Origin: Octopus sinensis
Lineage: Eukaryota
Assembly: GCF_006345805.1 (NCBI RefSeq)
Contig: NC_042998.1
Span: 105,400,001-105,464,000, forward strand
Reading direction: 5' to 3'
Length of the DNA: 64,000 nt
How positions within the stretch are numbered: position 1 is the stretch's first letter; every line of letters starts with the position of its first letter. Under the pieces are notes generated by a model, which worked only from the letters and a program-made list of their open reading frames with translations, ran no database searches and was not told where the DNA came from. A program made the translations under genes and the position numbers. Below are positions 36,228-50,232 of the stretch, one piece after another.

Positions 36228-37729
36228 ACTCACTTGATGTTGTGTAAATTCCAATGAAACAGTTATGTTTCTGGGTTAGAAACCAAATCTTTCTCTCTTG
36301 GTGTGAAATTCAAACAATAAAAGCCGAACATAGATGTAGGTATTATTACTTCTCTTGTCATTACTTCTTTCTTATATATATATTTTTTTTTGCATGACTG
36401 CTTGAACTTCTCTTTTCAGTACGACGCCATTATTATATTGTGGTTTGCCACCATCACATAAATCAATCTTCTTTGCAAAATAACAGGAAAAAGCTGCTAA
36501 CCTTCATCAGAATTATTTGTGACAGCCATAATATAAGCACACATATATAAAGGCTTGTGTGATGACAATCTAGCTTTGCACTATAATGGAGAAATGAGGG
36601 CTATTTTGTTTCTTCTTTTCTTTTTACATTTATCATTTTTCACAGAAATATGATTTGATGTTTGTATCTTTATTTTGGATTATGAACAAAAACAGAAAAA
36701 TATATGATAAATAATATTAATAAAAACAGATAAATAAAGAATATATGAATTTAATAGAATGAAAAAATAAATAAACTTAACAGAAATTATTAAATAACAA
36801 AAGTGGTAAAGCTCACATGCAAACACACACACAAGCACATGCACAAATATACACATACAGACAATGACAAGCAGACATATAAATATATTAACACATATAC
36901 AAATTCTTTCACACAGATACTTGTATAAAGACACTCAAATATAGAGATACAGATATATATCTACACAGAAACTTGCATACACAAAACACATACACCAATA
37001 AAAATTCTAAAATACACGCAAACAACTAAGAAAAAATGAAAAAGCCAAATAAATGCCAAACGGGAATCATGTAATAATGGGCCATAATGAATAAAATGGT
37101 TCAATAATGATAAAATGAATGAGAAAATGGTGAAAAAAAAATTCCTTTGATTTTAGTAGTCAATGTCCTGATAGAGAAAAACTATGCGTTACGATTAAAA
37201 TAAAAAAGAGAATAAAGAAAATATAAAAAATATGTATATAGAAATAAAAATATTGAATAAAGAGAAAAGCTGAAAGGAGAAATATAGTGAGTGTTGAAAA
37301 AATTCAACAATGTGATGTGAATTGAGTTGAAATGAGAATGTATTTCTAGTAATCTATTTAATAGTTAGTGATAGTGGGAAAGTTCTTAAATGGTTCTACT
37401 AGAATATGTTGTCAATTCATGAAAGTAATAACAACTTGGATTTTGTCTCATGAACAAGAAGTAGTATTTGTTGCTTGTTGGGATCATTTTAGGACAAAGT
37501 CATTTATACAGCCATAACCATTTGGCAAAATTATCTGCATTTGTAATGAGAGGCTTCCACAGTGTGCATGTGTATGTATGTATGTGAATGTACATATGTG
37601 TGTATGCATATATGCATATATGTATGTATGTATGGCTATATATGTATACATATACATAGATAAACACCAACAATATCAACAACAACAGCAACAATAAGAA
37701 TATCAACTGCTTTTGCAGGAGTAACAAAA

Positions 37730-38490
37730 TTACAGGAGCAAGTTTCTGCAGTTAGAAAGCATACTGAGAGAAGCAGAGGGGGATAGAAAAACTAAGACTC
37801 AGATTTGATGGAGAAGACTGCCAGAAGAACCATTGTTTACAGATGTGTGTCACTAAAATTTCAATGCACCACACATCCATGTAAAGAAATACTTGAAGAG
37901 TAAATGAACTTCCTCACATGAGGAAGACAATAGGGTTCTGTAGAAGTAAGGTTCTTCACAGAGGCACTGGCCCAAAAACATTCAATGGCCCATTGCAAAC
38001 ACCAAGATCTACTCCCCCTTCCCACATACCCTGGTCATCAAGAGGTGAAGATTAAAATGACAGATGTGCCACCAGAATTAGACATTTGGCGGTTGGATAC
38101 ATGTATTGCGATCAAAGACCCAGACATGCTTCTGGATATTAAAAAATATTGTAAGGAAAACTGGTTGGCATTGGGTTGGATATTTCGATCCAGGTAAAAT
38201 CAATAAGATCCTTGAGCTCATTGTGCTGCCAAATGGAACACAACTCCAGGTCATGGTAGAAGGCAGGAAACCAAGATTCCACACTTGTGGGTCAGACTCA
38301 CATTTGAAAGCCTTCTGTACACAACAATAACAAAAGGAGCTAGAGGAATGCCTGTTCTATGACGACCACCACAAGCGCAGCATCCAGAAAACCAAAAGTT
38401 GCAACAACAATTCCTACAAAAACATCTTATGAAGCAGAATCCTACCACAGCAGCAACACCAACAACTGTAACAGCAGAAACAAGCAGCAC
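37730..38490 (+). mobile_element. L1/Tx1-like ORF1 (gag-like) remnant
   Basis: VKIKMTDVPPELD..ELIVLPNGTQLQVMVEGRKPRFHTCGSDSHLKAFC, a degenerate CX2CX4HX4C knuckle followed by a T/A/P-rich tail. Confidence 0.65.
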
Positions 38491-38767
38491 TCAGTAATTC
38501 CTACATGCTGGCGATGTTTAACCTAAGTGTATCTAGGATCCCATTATCTAAAGTGGCTCTTTTCATTTAAGATGTTAGGATGTGATGTGAGAAATATTCG
38601 GTTGTTAATTCAGTTATAAGAATTTTGTGCTGAAAATGTCCAACAGATAAATTGTTCAAAATATTTGTTGAATATCAAGTATTGCTGACTGCAGTTTGTT
38701 ATCCATGTATTTCTATGCAGAGCTGTTTATACATATGTGTGCACATGCCTACTCACACACGCACACA

Positions 38768-38801
<34 letters not shown>

Positions 38802-39899
38802 ATACACACACATGCACATGCATATTTTGAATGCTACCAATTGTATTAAAAGATCTGACATGTATCATGTTGATGGCCTACTGTCTATCATATATAAGCG
38901 CCTCTAATTTCATCACAATCATCATAGATTACACAGAACACATACAGCTCATAAGTGCGAGGAGTGGGGTTATAGCTTTTGTGATCTGTATGTAATCTTT
39001 GACCAGGGCTTCTAAATGAGATTTTACAAGGTGAAACATGGCTAATTTGAAGGCCTTCCTCTCATTTAAGATCAAAATGGACCTTCAGTCCTCATTTAAG
39101 TCTTTTTAATAAAGATTACTTTTTTTCTTCTTTGCAGGAGAAAAATGGATAACCAGAAAATATGAACAAAGCAGACAGATTTTAGCATATGATTATGAAA
39201 GCATAATTGAACATGATGGCTAACATAAGGCTGTCTGAATATGGCCACCAGTAAACATTTATAAATGTTTATTCCCTGAGCACCGGAATGACCAGATAAC
39301 AATATCTTCTATATCTTTTATACAAAGCAACGATAAGCCTAATCAGCTAATAAAATTAGCTTTTGTGACTTTTTTATCTGCAAAATTCCTAACACTTGTA
39401 AGATCAATTTCTTTGGTGTGCTTTTCAATACTTAACCTAAACCTAACCCTAGCCCTAACTCTGACCTTAACCTTTGCTAAATCATCAAGATGGATTTGAG
39501 ACATGGTAGACTTTAAAATGATTTTGATGTTTAAGTTTGCTAAAAAATATTTCAGCTGATGCTATTATTGATGGAATTGTCAGAAAATGTCTGGAATCAT
39601 CTTACAAAGTTTCATTGTCGTCGTCATCATCATTATCATCATCACCGTTGTCGTTGTCATTGTCATCGTCGCTATCATCGTTGTTGTCAGCATCATCAGT
39701 GTCATTATTTCAATGTTCTCTTTTTCATGTCTGTATGGGTCAGATAAATATATTGAGGTAGATTTTTCTTCAGCCAGATAATCTTGTACCATCCCTCATC
39801 CATTTTGAAGCAAAAGACACTACTCGTATGACAGCAACACTTGTTTCCATATAGAGCACAGTTTCAAGACAAGAAGATATGAACACACATTCATGTACA

Positions 39900-42800
39900 C
39901 ACTCACACACACACATACACATGCATACACACATATGCACATATATCTATACATACATATACATATCTTGGGAGATACGGAGAAGTAACGATATGTTCAA
40001 GTGAGTACATATTACAAAAATTCTTAAATTCATTCGCTGTGAATTTTGTGCCATTATCGGAGACTATGGTATCCGAGACACCATACCTTGCAACAAGTTC
40101 GTGTAGAAATTCCACTGTTACCGTGCATGTCGGTTTTCTACATTTACACATTTCTGACCATTTTATAAAGCTCTCTACCACAATTAGATAATATGAACGG
40201 TTTAACGGTCCTGTGAAGTCTATGTATAGTCTGGACCATGGAATATCGGTCTTGGGCCAATGTTGAAATTTTATAGGTGGTGATTTCGCTGCAAGAACAC
40301 AACCTCTGCAGGATTTTACCAGCTTCTCAATATCTAGATCCATTTTTGGCCAGTAAACATAACTTCTCATAAGCGACTTCATACTAGAAATTCCTGGATC
40401 TACAGTGTGGATTTCCTTTAACATCTAACCTAATAGTGAGGTAGGCATTTCGACTGTCTGTGCATACATAAACACATTATCACATATCAAATACAAATTC
40501 GAAACTGTTTTACGTCCAGCCACACGTATTTTTTATTTTTTCTTCTGATCTCACTATTTTTTCATTTTTATGATAAACTCGTCCGTCTCTGCCTTCATTT
40601 TTATTTCCTCCAATGTCACAGGCAATTCACGCACAACATTGCACAAAATATCTTTTATATCATTTTCGGCTTTTAACGCCGCTATCACTGTGTCTTCTAG
40701 TGGTTCACTGTATTTTGGTATTAACCTTGACAAACCATCTGCATGTCCCATTTTTTTTATGGCAAATACTCCATTCTGAAGTCGTAATTCAGAAGGATCG
40801 TTCCCCAGGGCTGCAATCTGTTGGCTGTATGTGTGGGAATATCCTTTTTTAGAACCATAGATCGACATTAATGGGCGGTGGTCTGTCTGCAGACGGAACC
40901 TCCTTCCATGTATAAATTTATGGAATTTTTTTTACCGCAAATACGATGGTTAATGCCTCTTCTGTTTGACTGTAACTTTTCTCAGCCGGCAATAATGAAC
41001 GCGAAGCATGAGCTACTGCTTTCAGGCAATCATCTTCATATTTGTGTAAAATCACAGCTCTAATACCACTTTCACTAGCATCTGCTGCCACTACTATTTC
41101 TAAATTCGGGTCAAAATGTAATAACGGCAATTCCGATGTTAAGACGTTTTTAACTTCTTTAAAAGCTTTTTGGCCTTTGTCGGACCAGTTTCACTTAATC
41201 TCGTTTTTTAACATGTTATTCAGAGGTACTCTTAAATACATATTAAGTATGTATACCTGGTAGTAATTTTCGAGTCCCAAAAATGCTTGTAACATTGTAA
41301 TGTTTGTCGGGGCGGCATATTTTTTATTGCATTCGCCCTATTCGGGTTTGGTCTGCGTCCATTTTCATCAATAATGAGTATGAGTATGTCGTCAGCGAAA
41401 TCCGAACCTGCGAGCATAATGTCCATAACTTCTTGGAAAATGTCAGGTACTACCTTTATACCAAAGGGGAGTTGATTAAACTTATACAACCCTTTATGGT
41501 TATTTATTGTCAATAATTTTGAACATATCTCGTCGACTTTTACCTGCAAATATGCAACGCATACTCGGATTTTTTTCTTGGCGTAAACTGTTGGGGACGC
41601 CCATTTGGTGTAATCAATTTTTTCAGTAACGCCAAGTTTTTCAAGTCTATCCAATTCTTCGCTGACTTGTTTCAACGCTGCGAAAAGTACCGTTCATTTT
41701 AATTAAAAAACCGGCATAACGTTTTCTTTCATTTGAAACTTCGCCTGTCTTGGTGCAAAGACCCAATTCATAAGAAAAAACTTCAGGAATTTATTTTTTT
41801 TTACTTCTTTTTTTGAAATCCACCCACCCTTTATTTGTACTGGTGGAAGAACGATTCACATTTTTACAAAAAATATATTTATGGGTAGGTCCCGTAAGTT
41901 AAATAGTTCCATCCATTCTGTTCCAAATAAATTTGTATTTTTCAACACAAAAACTTTGGCTTCTAAGGTTTTTTTCTACGAAATGTAACATCACTTACCA
42001 TTTCGTCCATAAAATGCAATTTTTTTCCCTAAAATACCTCGCGCAATTTTTGAAGTCTCCTTTAATCTAGGTTTCCCTATTTTCTCCATGTATCTGTATT
42101 AATTTTTGTGATATCACTACAGGTATTCAATTGTAACTTGATATTCACATTATTCATTTTTATGGATACAAATTTTCTTTACTGAGCCTCGCTTAGAAAT
42201 TTTGTTAACAATACATACTTTCTAGAATTTTTTTGTTTCGCTATACAATGTGAGCGTTTAGGTTTTGAGTGTGGATTTTTCCACACTCAAAACATTTACG
42301 ATTTTTAAAAGGACAATTACTTCTAAAATGTAAACCTCCGCACCCATAATATGGATTTGGTATTGACGTTCGTTTTTCTTTTTCTTATCCGTTCAGGCAG
42401 ACACGCATGTATCTGAGAGCAATCTTCATCAATTTTATCCGTGTCATGTCGTAAATTTATAATTCTCTGGCATTCTTCAACCACTGCCTGTAAAGTTAAT
42501 TTTTGGTTCTGTTCTAATTTTGTTAATATATGGGAACGTATATCAACATATTTTCTTGAACAAAAAACAGACATTTAAACAAATCCGGGGTCAATTCATT
42601 TAATTTGAATTTTTCACACTCTCTGTTAACGACCCCAGTATAGATGACGAAACCTCCTCCATCATCTTTATTAGCTAAATCTAAACACTGCCAACGAGTA
42701 TTGAGCAGAGAATTTCTTTCACTGAAAATTCTAGACAACAGTTTAATTGTTTCATGATAAACAATGTAGTGCTTCTGTTTTTGATTCCATATAAGCCATT

Positions 42801-42900
42801 CTCTCTTGTGTAGTTCTCTAATCTCAAGGCACTTCTTGAAAGAGTTGATTGCTTAACTAAAAATTAGTTAAGTGGTGTGGAATATGGCTGCAGATAGTTT
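39900..42900 (-). mobile_element. Ty3/Gypsy LTR retrotransposon remnant (Mag/K02A2.6-like): gag, RT, RNase H, integrase
   Basis: DLFKCLFFVQ/DIRSHILTKLEQ (gag); WASPT..IRVC, GLYKFNQLPFG (RT); VVAADASESG (RNase H); GISSMKSLMRSYVYWP..C..C, PWSRLYIDFTGP (integrase). RT-RH-INT order; LTRs not identified. Confidence 0.9.
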
Positions 42901-43602
42901 TTTTTTTACTCAAATATGAGATCCGTTTATTATACACACAAAGCCAAGGCTAACATTTGACTCAACATTCAACCTGTCAGAACAATCAGAACATAGCACT
43001 TCTTCAACTTTGTTTATGTAGGAAAAAGAATTTCACATGCCTTTACATTAACTGATTTTATATTTACTACTTCTGTGTGTGTATGTGTGAGTGTGTATGT
43101 GTGTTTTCTACAGATTTACCTAGCTAAAGTTCACATGGGGTTACATCAGCACCTTTCTTTTAGGAGACCACAAGTTGGGCCCTATATTCTTGCAAGAATT
43201 AGAAGTTGTTTTTTGTAATTTTTCCAAAACAGTGAAGCTCAGTAGTGGTCTTCAAAAAGTTTATTGGAGTATGCTAATCCTACCTGGAAGGGAATCTGCT
43301 GTCCTTCTTTCTGTTTTGCTTCACTTTTTTGTCCTTTCTTGTCCTTTTTACTATTCTGATTTATTATGATACATTCTAAATGGGTAATTTTTTTAAAGAA
43401 AGAAAATGAAAGACATAGTAAATATCATATATATATTGATATAATAGCAATTTTGATTATACTATCAATGTGGTACAATTCAGGACTCTAAGTAAATGCT
43501 ATTGTTTTCGGAAAGCATTGACTCAGAAATATAATTGTTTTAAATTTATTTTAAAGCAAGTTAAAAAATAAAAACTACAGGTTAATGGTTAGTACTAATA
43601 TA

Positions 43603-43741
43603 TGGTATTTCAATATTTCTGGGTTATGACTCCCACTTCAGGAAATCTACAGAGAAAATTGGTTGATAGCTGACTTCAGCACCTTTTCTCCATAGATTTC
43701 CTAAAAAGAAGGTGCCCTAACTTCGAAATATTGAAATACCA
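43603..43741. repeat. Imperfect ~140-bp palindrome
   Basis: tggtatttcaatatttc / gaaatattgaaatacca and aggaaatctacagagaaaa / ttttctccatagatttcct. Confidence 0.75.
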
Positions 43742-44099
43742 CGTAATGGCACTAATTATTTTGAATTTTTTAAACTTTCATTGATTTGACTTTAAAAAGA
43801 TATTTAAAACATTTTTATGAGCCTTAAAATTAATTTTGGGCTTACACTACTGCACTCTTACATAGAGAGATTATGTGAAAAAAATCATATTTTCCAATTA
43901 TTTTTTTATGGCGTTTGGTAATTTAAATCTACATGATAGTACAATTTCAGCACATTGGCTCCTTCAAAAATCCATTAAAAATTTGGGCTGTATTGCCCAT
44001 TGCTTTATGTTGAAATAGGCCAAGGCTTAACCTATGAAATTATGACTGCACAAATAGTTTAGAAAACTGCTTCATAATGCTTTTAAAATCTCTTGGTTA

Positions 44100-45650
44100 G
44101 GTAAAATCATTCCAGTAATTAATTTCCACCACAATTTTTATTCCTTGTCATTTGAAGCAAATATCATATCAAATTGCTTTTAGTTGATTAAATTATCAGT
44201 GTTGATTTCAGTAAACTTGAATCCAGTGTGAGAAAGAATGATATTTGGAGTAAAATATACTTTACATATTTCCTTTTCATAGACCCACTTTTATTATCCT
44301 TTCTTTGATTTGCTTTATAATTTTAATCAAAACTCAAAGCAGTACTGTTTCATCACCATCTTTTTCTCTATGCTTAAGTTGTTGCCCTTCAGGTCATGTT
44401 GAACTTTGTCTAAATTTAGCATCACAGAAAAAGTCCCTTGGATCTTTTCTTTGCTGGAATTCAATTTTAGTAGTGCAAAGTTTCTCAACTCCTCGAGGTT
44501 TTTAAGTTGTTTGCTAGGATGGCATTTGAAGTTTGAAAAGCTGCATTTGCAGATTCAGAATTCAAGAAAACAGAGAAGAATCAGTTTATTAATTTCATCA
44601 GAAAGCATATCATTTAGAGTAAATGTCTTGTAATTCTTTTCCTTTTCTTCAATAGAGATTAAGTACACCTTGAAATCCTCTCATTACTGCAAAATCATCT
44701 ATAGACATTTCCTTCTGATCGACCAATAAGTCAAGCTTGATCTGGAAATTTTAGTGGCATGAATTTCCATCATAATAAATTTTCTTTGATGAAGGGCTCC
44801 AACACTGAATCAATTTGTAATTTCAGACATCAAAAATGTTAAATTAGAAAGCAAGCCTTTTGGCATGATAATTCCAAACTATGGCACATACATTTTACAA
44901 TTGTAATATTTAGGTTCATATTTCAGTCTTGAAAACACTGAATTATATTAACCAATTATTTGTTCTGTCTGTCTCATGTCTAATGCTATTATTTGTTTCA
45001 ATGTTGTTCATTGAGAAATCAATTTTAATTAGAAATACTTTTGCTAGTTGTTCATAGTACCTGAATTATCTCCCAAAATTTGCTTGCACTCTTTGATGAT
45101 GATAAGGAAAATCTTCCACATAAGTACAATAGTTTTGTGACACTTATATCAGTTGATTCATCAATTAATAACAAGTATTTTGACTTCTACAAGTTGTCAA
45201 ATAAAACTTCATGTAAAGTTAGTCATAACATTTCTGATTAGGGTCATGAACTTCGTTTGATATACTTTCACCTTCTTTTCAGTTACATTCTCTTTAAGGT
45301 AACTTATTCGTTAACTTTGGTGATCAACCAATCAAATATTTCAGTAATATGTTATACACTATATTTAATTTCAAATAGTTTCACATTCATATATTATGTA
45401 CTAGCTTTCATAGATATGTTTGAAGTTAGATTTCAGTTTGCACAGCCTTGGGCATTCTTTCTATATTTTACAGATTTCTGATGATCAGTTAAAGATTTAC
45501 ATGTGTATGTTAGTAAAATAATTAAAACACTCACATATTGCATTATATTTTATTCCAAATAAACATCATGAACTAAATTCCCTGATCTCTGTTACACTGC
45601 CAGCAATCATTAGTATTTCACTTTCATGTTATGAGAGGCTGTTAATAAGG
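44100..45650 (-). mobile_element. hAT transposase remnant
   Basis: Minus-strand YLLLIDESTDISVTKLL (first catalytic D block of hAT transposases) and an upstream HQKSVKY..N zinc-finger-like end; many stops. Confidence 0.65.
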
Positions 45651-45656
45651 CTGTTT

Positions 45657-46126
45657 TTTACTTATTTCAGTCATTAGACTGTGGCCATTCTTGGACACTG
45701 CTCTGAGGAATTCTTAGGAATTCTTGTCCAACAGATTGACTCATTTTCTTTTAAGCCTGGCACTTATTCTATTGGTCTCTTTTGCTAAACTGCTAAGTTA
45801 CAGGGACACAAAGAAAGTAACATCAGTTGTCAAGCAATGCTGGTGGACAAACATAGACACAAATATATACATAAATATGCACGTGTGCACATACATGTGC
45901 ACGTGCACACGCGCACACACATGCACACACACATACACACGCAAACACATACATGCACAACAGGCTTTCATTCAGTTTCTATTGACCAAATCTATTCACA
46001 AAGCCTTGGTCAGCCTTAGACTATAGTAGAAGACACTTGCCCAAGATTCCACACAGTGACATTGAACCCAGACCAATGTGGTTAGGAAGCAGACTTCTTA
46101 CCACACAGTACAGCCACACCTGCACC
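45657..46126 (-). mobile_element. SINE family C, near full length
   Basis: Head aggtgcaggtgtggctg.., cttgggcaagtgtcttctactatag, 3' end as in 8770. Confidence 0.85.
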
Positions 46127-46129
46127 TAT

Positions 46130-47900
46130 TTCAATTTCCTGCTACAAGGGGCTGTTTATAAGGTTAGATAAAAAAGTTTATGTAAGGCTAAGCATATGAC
46201 ATTTTTTTTTACCAAACCAAAACTCAGAATTCACTGAACAATAAGAGGTACAATCCCCCCCCACCATCAAATAAATATATTATAAACCCTGTAAAAGCCA
46301 TTTCACTGTTTTTTGTCTCACTTTAGCTGCAAATTAAAGGTAGTAACATTCCATGTTGAAATATTTTTTATTTTAAAAAACAAAAAAAGTTTTTGTTTTT
46401 AAATTAAACTTTCATATTTGCATGCAATGGATTTTTCCTTTAATTCTATAGGAAGATAAAGTTCTCTATACTAATAGCAACAATATTTCTTTAAATTGGT
46501 AAATATAAAAGTAAAACTACAGAAAAAACAATTACTGAGAAAACCTGCCTAGTGATACAGCGAATGCATATTTTGCTCGTCTTCATAAATAAACTGACTT
46601 AACCTTCCCTCACTTAAACAACCATGATGATAGATTAGATCAGGTAAGGTTACATTGCTTTATTTATGGAAATATACAAAATATTTACATTAAAATACAT
46701 TTCTCAGTATAAATAAAAGTTGTAATGACTTACATCTAAATGTACCATCTGCCAAAAACACAATTGGAAAGCCTCTAAAAGTACTATATATCATCATCAT
46801 CATCATCATCATCATCGTTTAACGTCCACTTTTCATGCTAGCATGGGTTAGACGATTTGACTGAGGACTGGCGAACCAGATGGCTGCACCAGGCTCCAAT
46901 CTTGATCTGGCAGAGTTTCTACAGCTGGATGCCCTTCCTAATGCCAACCACTCCAAGACTGTAGTGGGTGCTTTCACGTGGGGGGCCAGTCAGGCAGTAC
47001 TGGCAACGACCTCACTCAAACGTTTTTTCATGTGCCAGTAAGGTGACGCTGGTAACGATCATGCTTGAATGGTATCTTTTACATGCCACTGGCACAGAAG
47101 CTAGTTAGCCACTCTAGCAACAATCATGTTCGGATGATGTTCTTAGCACCCCACTAGCACGGATGCCAATCATCGAATTTGATTTCAATTTCACTTGCCT
47201 CAACAGGTCTTTGCAAGCAGAGTTAGTGTCCAATGAAGGAAAGGTACGCATAAGTGGGCTGGTTACACCCCTGGCATAGGCTACAAGGTTATGATGTCAT
47301 TTGGCTTGCCGGGTCTTCTCAGGCACAGCATATTTCCAAAGTCTCGGTCATTAGTCATTTCCTCAGTGAGGCCTAATGTTCAAAGGTCGTGCTTCACCAT
47401 TTCATCCCAGATCTTCCTGAGTCTACCTCTTCCACAGGTTCCCTCAACCGTTAGGGTGTGGCACTTTTTCACAGAGCTATCCTCATACATTCTCGCTACA
47501 TGACCATACCAGTGCAGTCGTCTTTCTTGCATACCACATCTGATGCTTCTTAGATCCAACTTTTCACTCAAGGTACTTACACTCTATTGAGTATGCACAC
47601 TAACATTACACATCCATCAGATCATACTAGCTTCATTCCTTGTGAGCTTATGCATGTCCTCAGCAGTCATTCTGATAATATTGATTAAATGGAATGAGAT
47701 AAATGCTAAGTTACATCAAAAATAACAAACTGAAACAGCTGTAAATGTTTTTTAACTACAATTAAACTATGACCTTTTAATACCAATGATCAACCTCTAA
47801 TTGTTAATTATTGTTCCATTTCTTTTCTTATCTGAATATATCAAACCATCGTTTATCACTTAAATTACCAACTACTGTCAACGTTATAGCAAAGCCTATA
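46130..47900 (-). mobile_element. MULE-like transposase remnant split by an RTE insertion
   Basis: FLADGTFRCKSLQLLFIL near 46690-46765 resembles the MULE DGTF motif; further degraded coding-like sequence on both sides. Confidence 0.45.
46790..47670 (-). mobile_element. RTE LINE 3' fragment
   Basis: SEKLDLRSIRCGMQERRLHWYGHVARM..GRGRLRKIWDE; 3' UTR and (GAT)n tail. Confidence 0.92.
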
Positions 47901-48095
47901 CATCGTGAGGTAAAACACCAGTAGTACTTATGGATATATTTATCCCTTAGACAGTTGCTTAACCTCTAACTTACAATTTTTCTATATATATGTATGTATA
48001 TATATATATATGTACTTTTAGAGGTTTTGAAATTATATATATATATATAATTATATATTATATATATATATATATATACATTATACATGTATATA

Positions 48096-48213
48096 TGGCC
48101 TGCTCGCTTAGCCAGTGGGGTGGCGTCATTCGAAGGCTAAAACGATGCGAACGCATTGTGACCAGCGATGTGTAACAATATCTGATGGTCTGGTCGGTCA
48201 CGTGATCACGTGA
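48096..48213. repeat. Short GC-richer interspersed repeat ending in cacgtgatcacgtg
   Basis: Sharply bounded by (TA)n; family not resolved. Confidence 0.4.
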
Positions 48214-49032
48214 TATATCTCTATATATAAAACTGAAATGCGTTTTTACCGCTTGGTTCGCTTTCAATGCCACTACATCCTGTCCGATTCGCTCCAAAAT
48301 TTACAGGGACATGTAGAATGAGGTGACGATGCGCGTGGGCTACCTTAGAAATCCCTATCTTAAAAGGTGTGGTTGCTAGGGGCCATCTTCCTACCTCACC
48401 CTATTTCCTCCAGTACTCTGTCACTCCTCTTCATTTGACAATGCAACTACCGTTATTTAATGTAAAGTCTTCCTCAAATCACTCTGTCGCTATTTACTCT
48501 CTTCCAAGAACATTTTCACTCACTCTATCTCTTACCTTCCTATACATTTTACTCATGTATCTATCAGCGTTCATGGACAGTAACAAATATTACATCGCCA
48601 TCCCCATTGCCATCGCATTCTATTGTCTACCTGTCAACACACACACACACATATATACATATATCTAATATTATATTTTTATTTTTATGTTTTTGTTTTT
48701 GGTGTTTTACTGTTTCATTTCCCTATTAGTGGTTTTATCTCTAATTTAATTTCTACAGCGTGCACACACACACACACACACACACACCTATATGTGGCCC
48801 CAGTACACCCGAATGAAATCGGGTTCTCTTCATCAAAATGTGAAAAGGGGTCTACAATTATCATCGCCACAACTTATGTATGTCTTCCTCACTCACTCTT
48901 TTTCCTAATGATAATTATCATCGCCACCACCAACACCACCAACACACAATCTGGACAATCTTTCTCTTATAACAAATCATGTTTACATTGCAACGACGTC
49001 TGCCACCTCCGCCGTCTCTATTTATTCTGCAA

Positions 49033-49230
49033 ATGACCAGAACTCGGGAAACTTGGTTTAGTGTTCTATGGTCTATGACCAGAACTCGGGAAACTTGGTT
49101 CAGTGTTCTATGGTCTATGACCAGAACTCAGGAAACTTGCTTGACTGTTCTATGGTCTATGACCAGAAATCGGGAAACTTGGTTGAGTGTTCTATGGTCT
49201 ATGACCAGAACTTGGGAAACTTGGTTGAGT
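49033..49230. repeat. 42-bp minisatellite, about 4.7 copies
   Basis: Unit atgaccagaactcgggaaacttggtttagtgttctatggtct, head to tail with no spacers. Confidence 0.95.
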
Positions 49231-49919
49231 CCTCATCTTATAAAATGTGGCCCCAGTAGACCCAAATGAAATCGGGTTATATTAACCAAAAGGTGAAAAG
49301 GGGTATAAATGGGGCTGGAAGGGGATTAAAATTTCAAGGAGCGGGTGTTTAGCAATTCTCTGTTACATCAAGCTAAAAAATTTGCTCCAGCCTTTTAATC
49401 GTCAATGTGTTGCCGTCCATGGTGAAGAAGTTTTGAATGCTTGCCATCGTGAGTCTACTGTCGTGAGAAAGAATCAATTCAAAACTTGGTTTTTAGGGAT
49501 TTTCTTTTACATCAAGTTCTAAATTTTACGCCAGCCGTTGAACTGTCAATATGTTGCTGTCCGTCGTTAAGAAATGCCAGCCATGGTGACTCTACTATCC
49601 TCAAATTCTATCCCTTCAAACTTTGGTTTCCAATATTTTATTATTATTTTTTCAGCTAGCAAGTTCGTCTGTCCCTTTTAAATGTTACTGTTTTGCTGTC
49701 TGTCTTGAAGCAGACCTTTCCTTTGTAACTGCCTGATATTTATGATTGATCTTTCTAAATATTTTATTTCTCTACTTACTCAAGATCTTTTGTTGTTTAT
49801 AAATGGGAGAGAGATACATAAAGATAGAGAGTAAGAGAAAGCGAGGGAGAGTCCGAGAGAAAGGAAGAGTAAGAGAGTGGGAAAGTGAGAGAGAAAGGAG
49901 AAAGAAACAAAGAGGGAGA

Positions 49920-50232
49920 ATCATCATCATCATCATCATCGTTTAACGTCCGTTTTCCGTGCTAGCACGGGTTGGACAGTTTGACAGGGGTCTGGGAAGC
50001 CAGGAGCTGCACCAGGCTCCAGTCTGATCTGGCAGTGTTTCGACAGGTGGATGCCCTTCCTAACGCCAACCACTCTGTGAGCGTAGTGGGTGCTATTTTC
50101 GTGCCGCCTGCACAGGTGCCAGGTGGGCTGGCAGCGGCCACGATCGGTTGGTGCTTTTTACGTGCCACCAGCACAGAAGCCAGTCAAGGCGGCGCTGCAA
50201 TCGGCCACGTTCGGATGGTGCTTTTTACGTGC
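49920..50232 (-). mobile_element. RTE 3' UTR nested in the Helitron
   Basis: (GAT)n tail and subrepeats. Confidence 0.88.

Noticed and set aside
36230-37460. Possible decayed PLE endonuclease end and pLTR
   Set aside because: Similarity too weak to support by eye; would need a profile search
39430-39476. Telomere-like (CCCTAA) tract
   Set aside because: Only a few degenerate units; no evidence of a true interstitial telomere or fusion site
46730-46760. Apparent 15-nt micro-exon (ggcag|atggtacatttagat|gtaagt) on the minus strand
   Set aside because: Better explained as the ADGTFRC motif of a MULE-like transposase remnant
49033-49230. Regular 42-bp repeats resembling a CRISPR array or a repeat protein (MTRTRETWFSVLWS)n
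   Set aside because: No unique spacers, no cas genes, eukaryotic context; a minisatellite inside a Helitron
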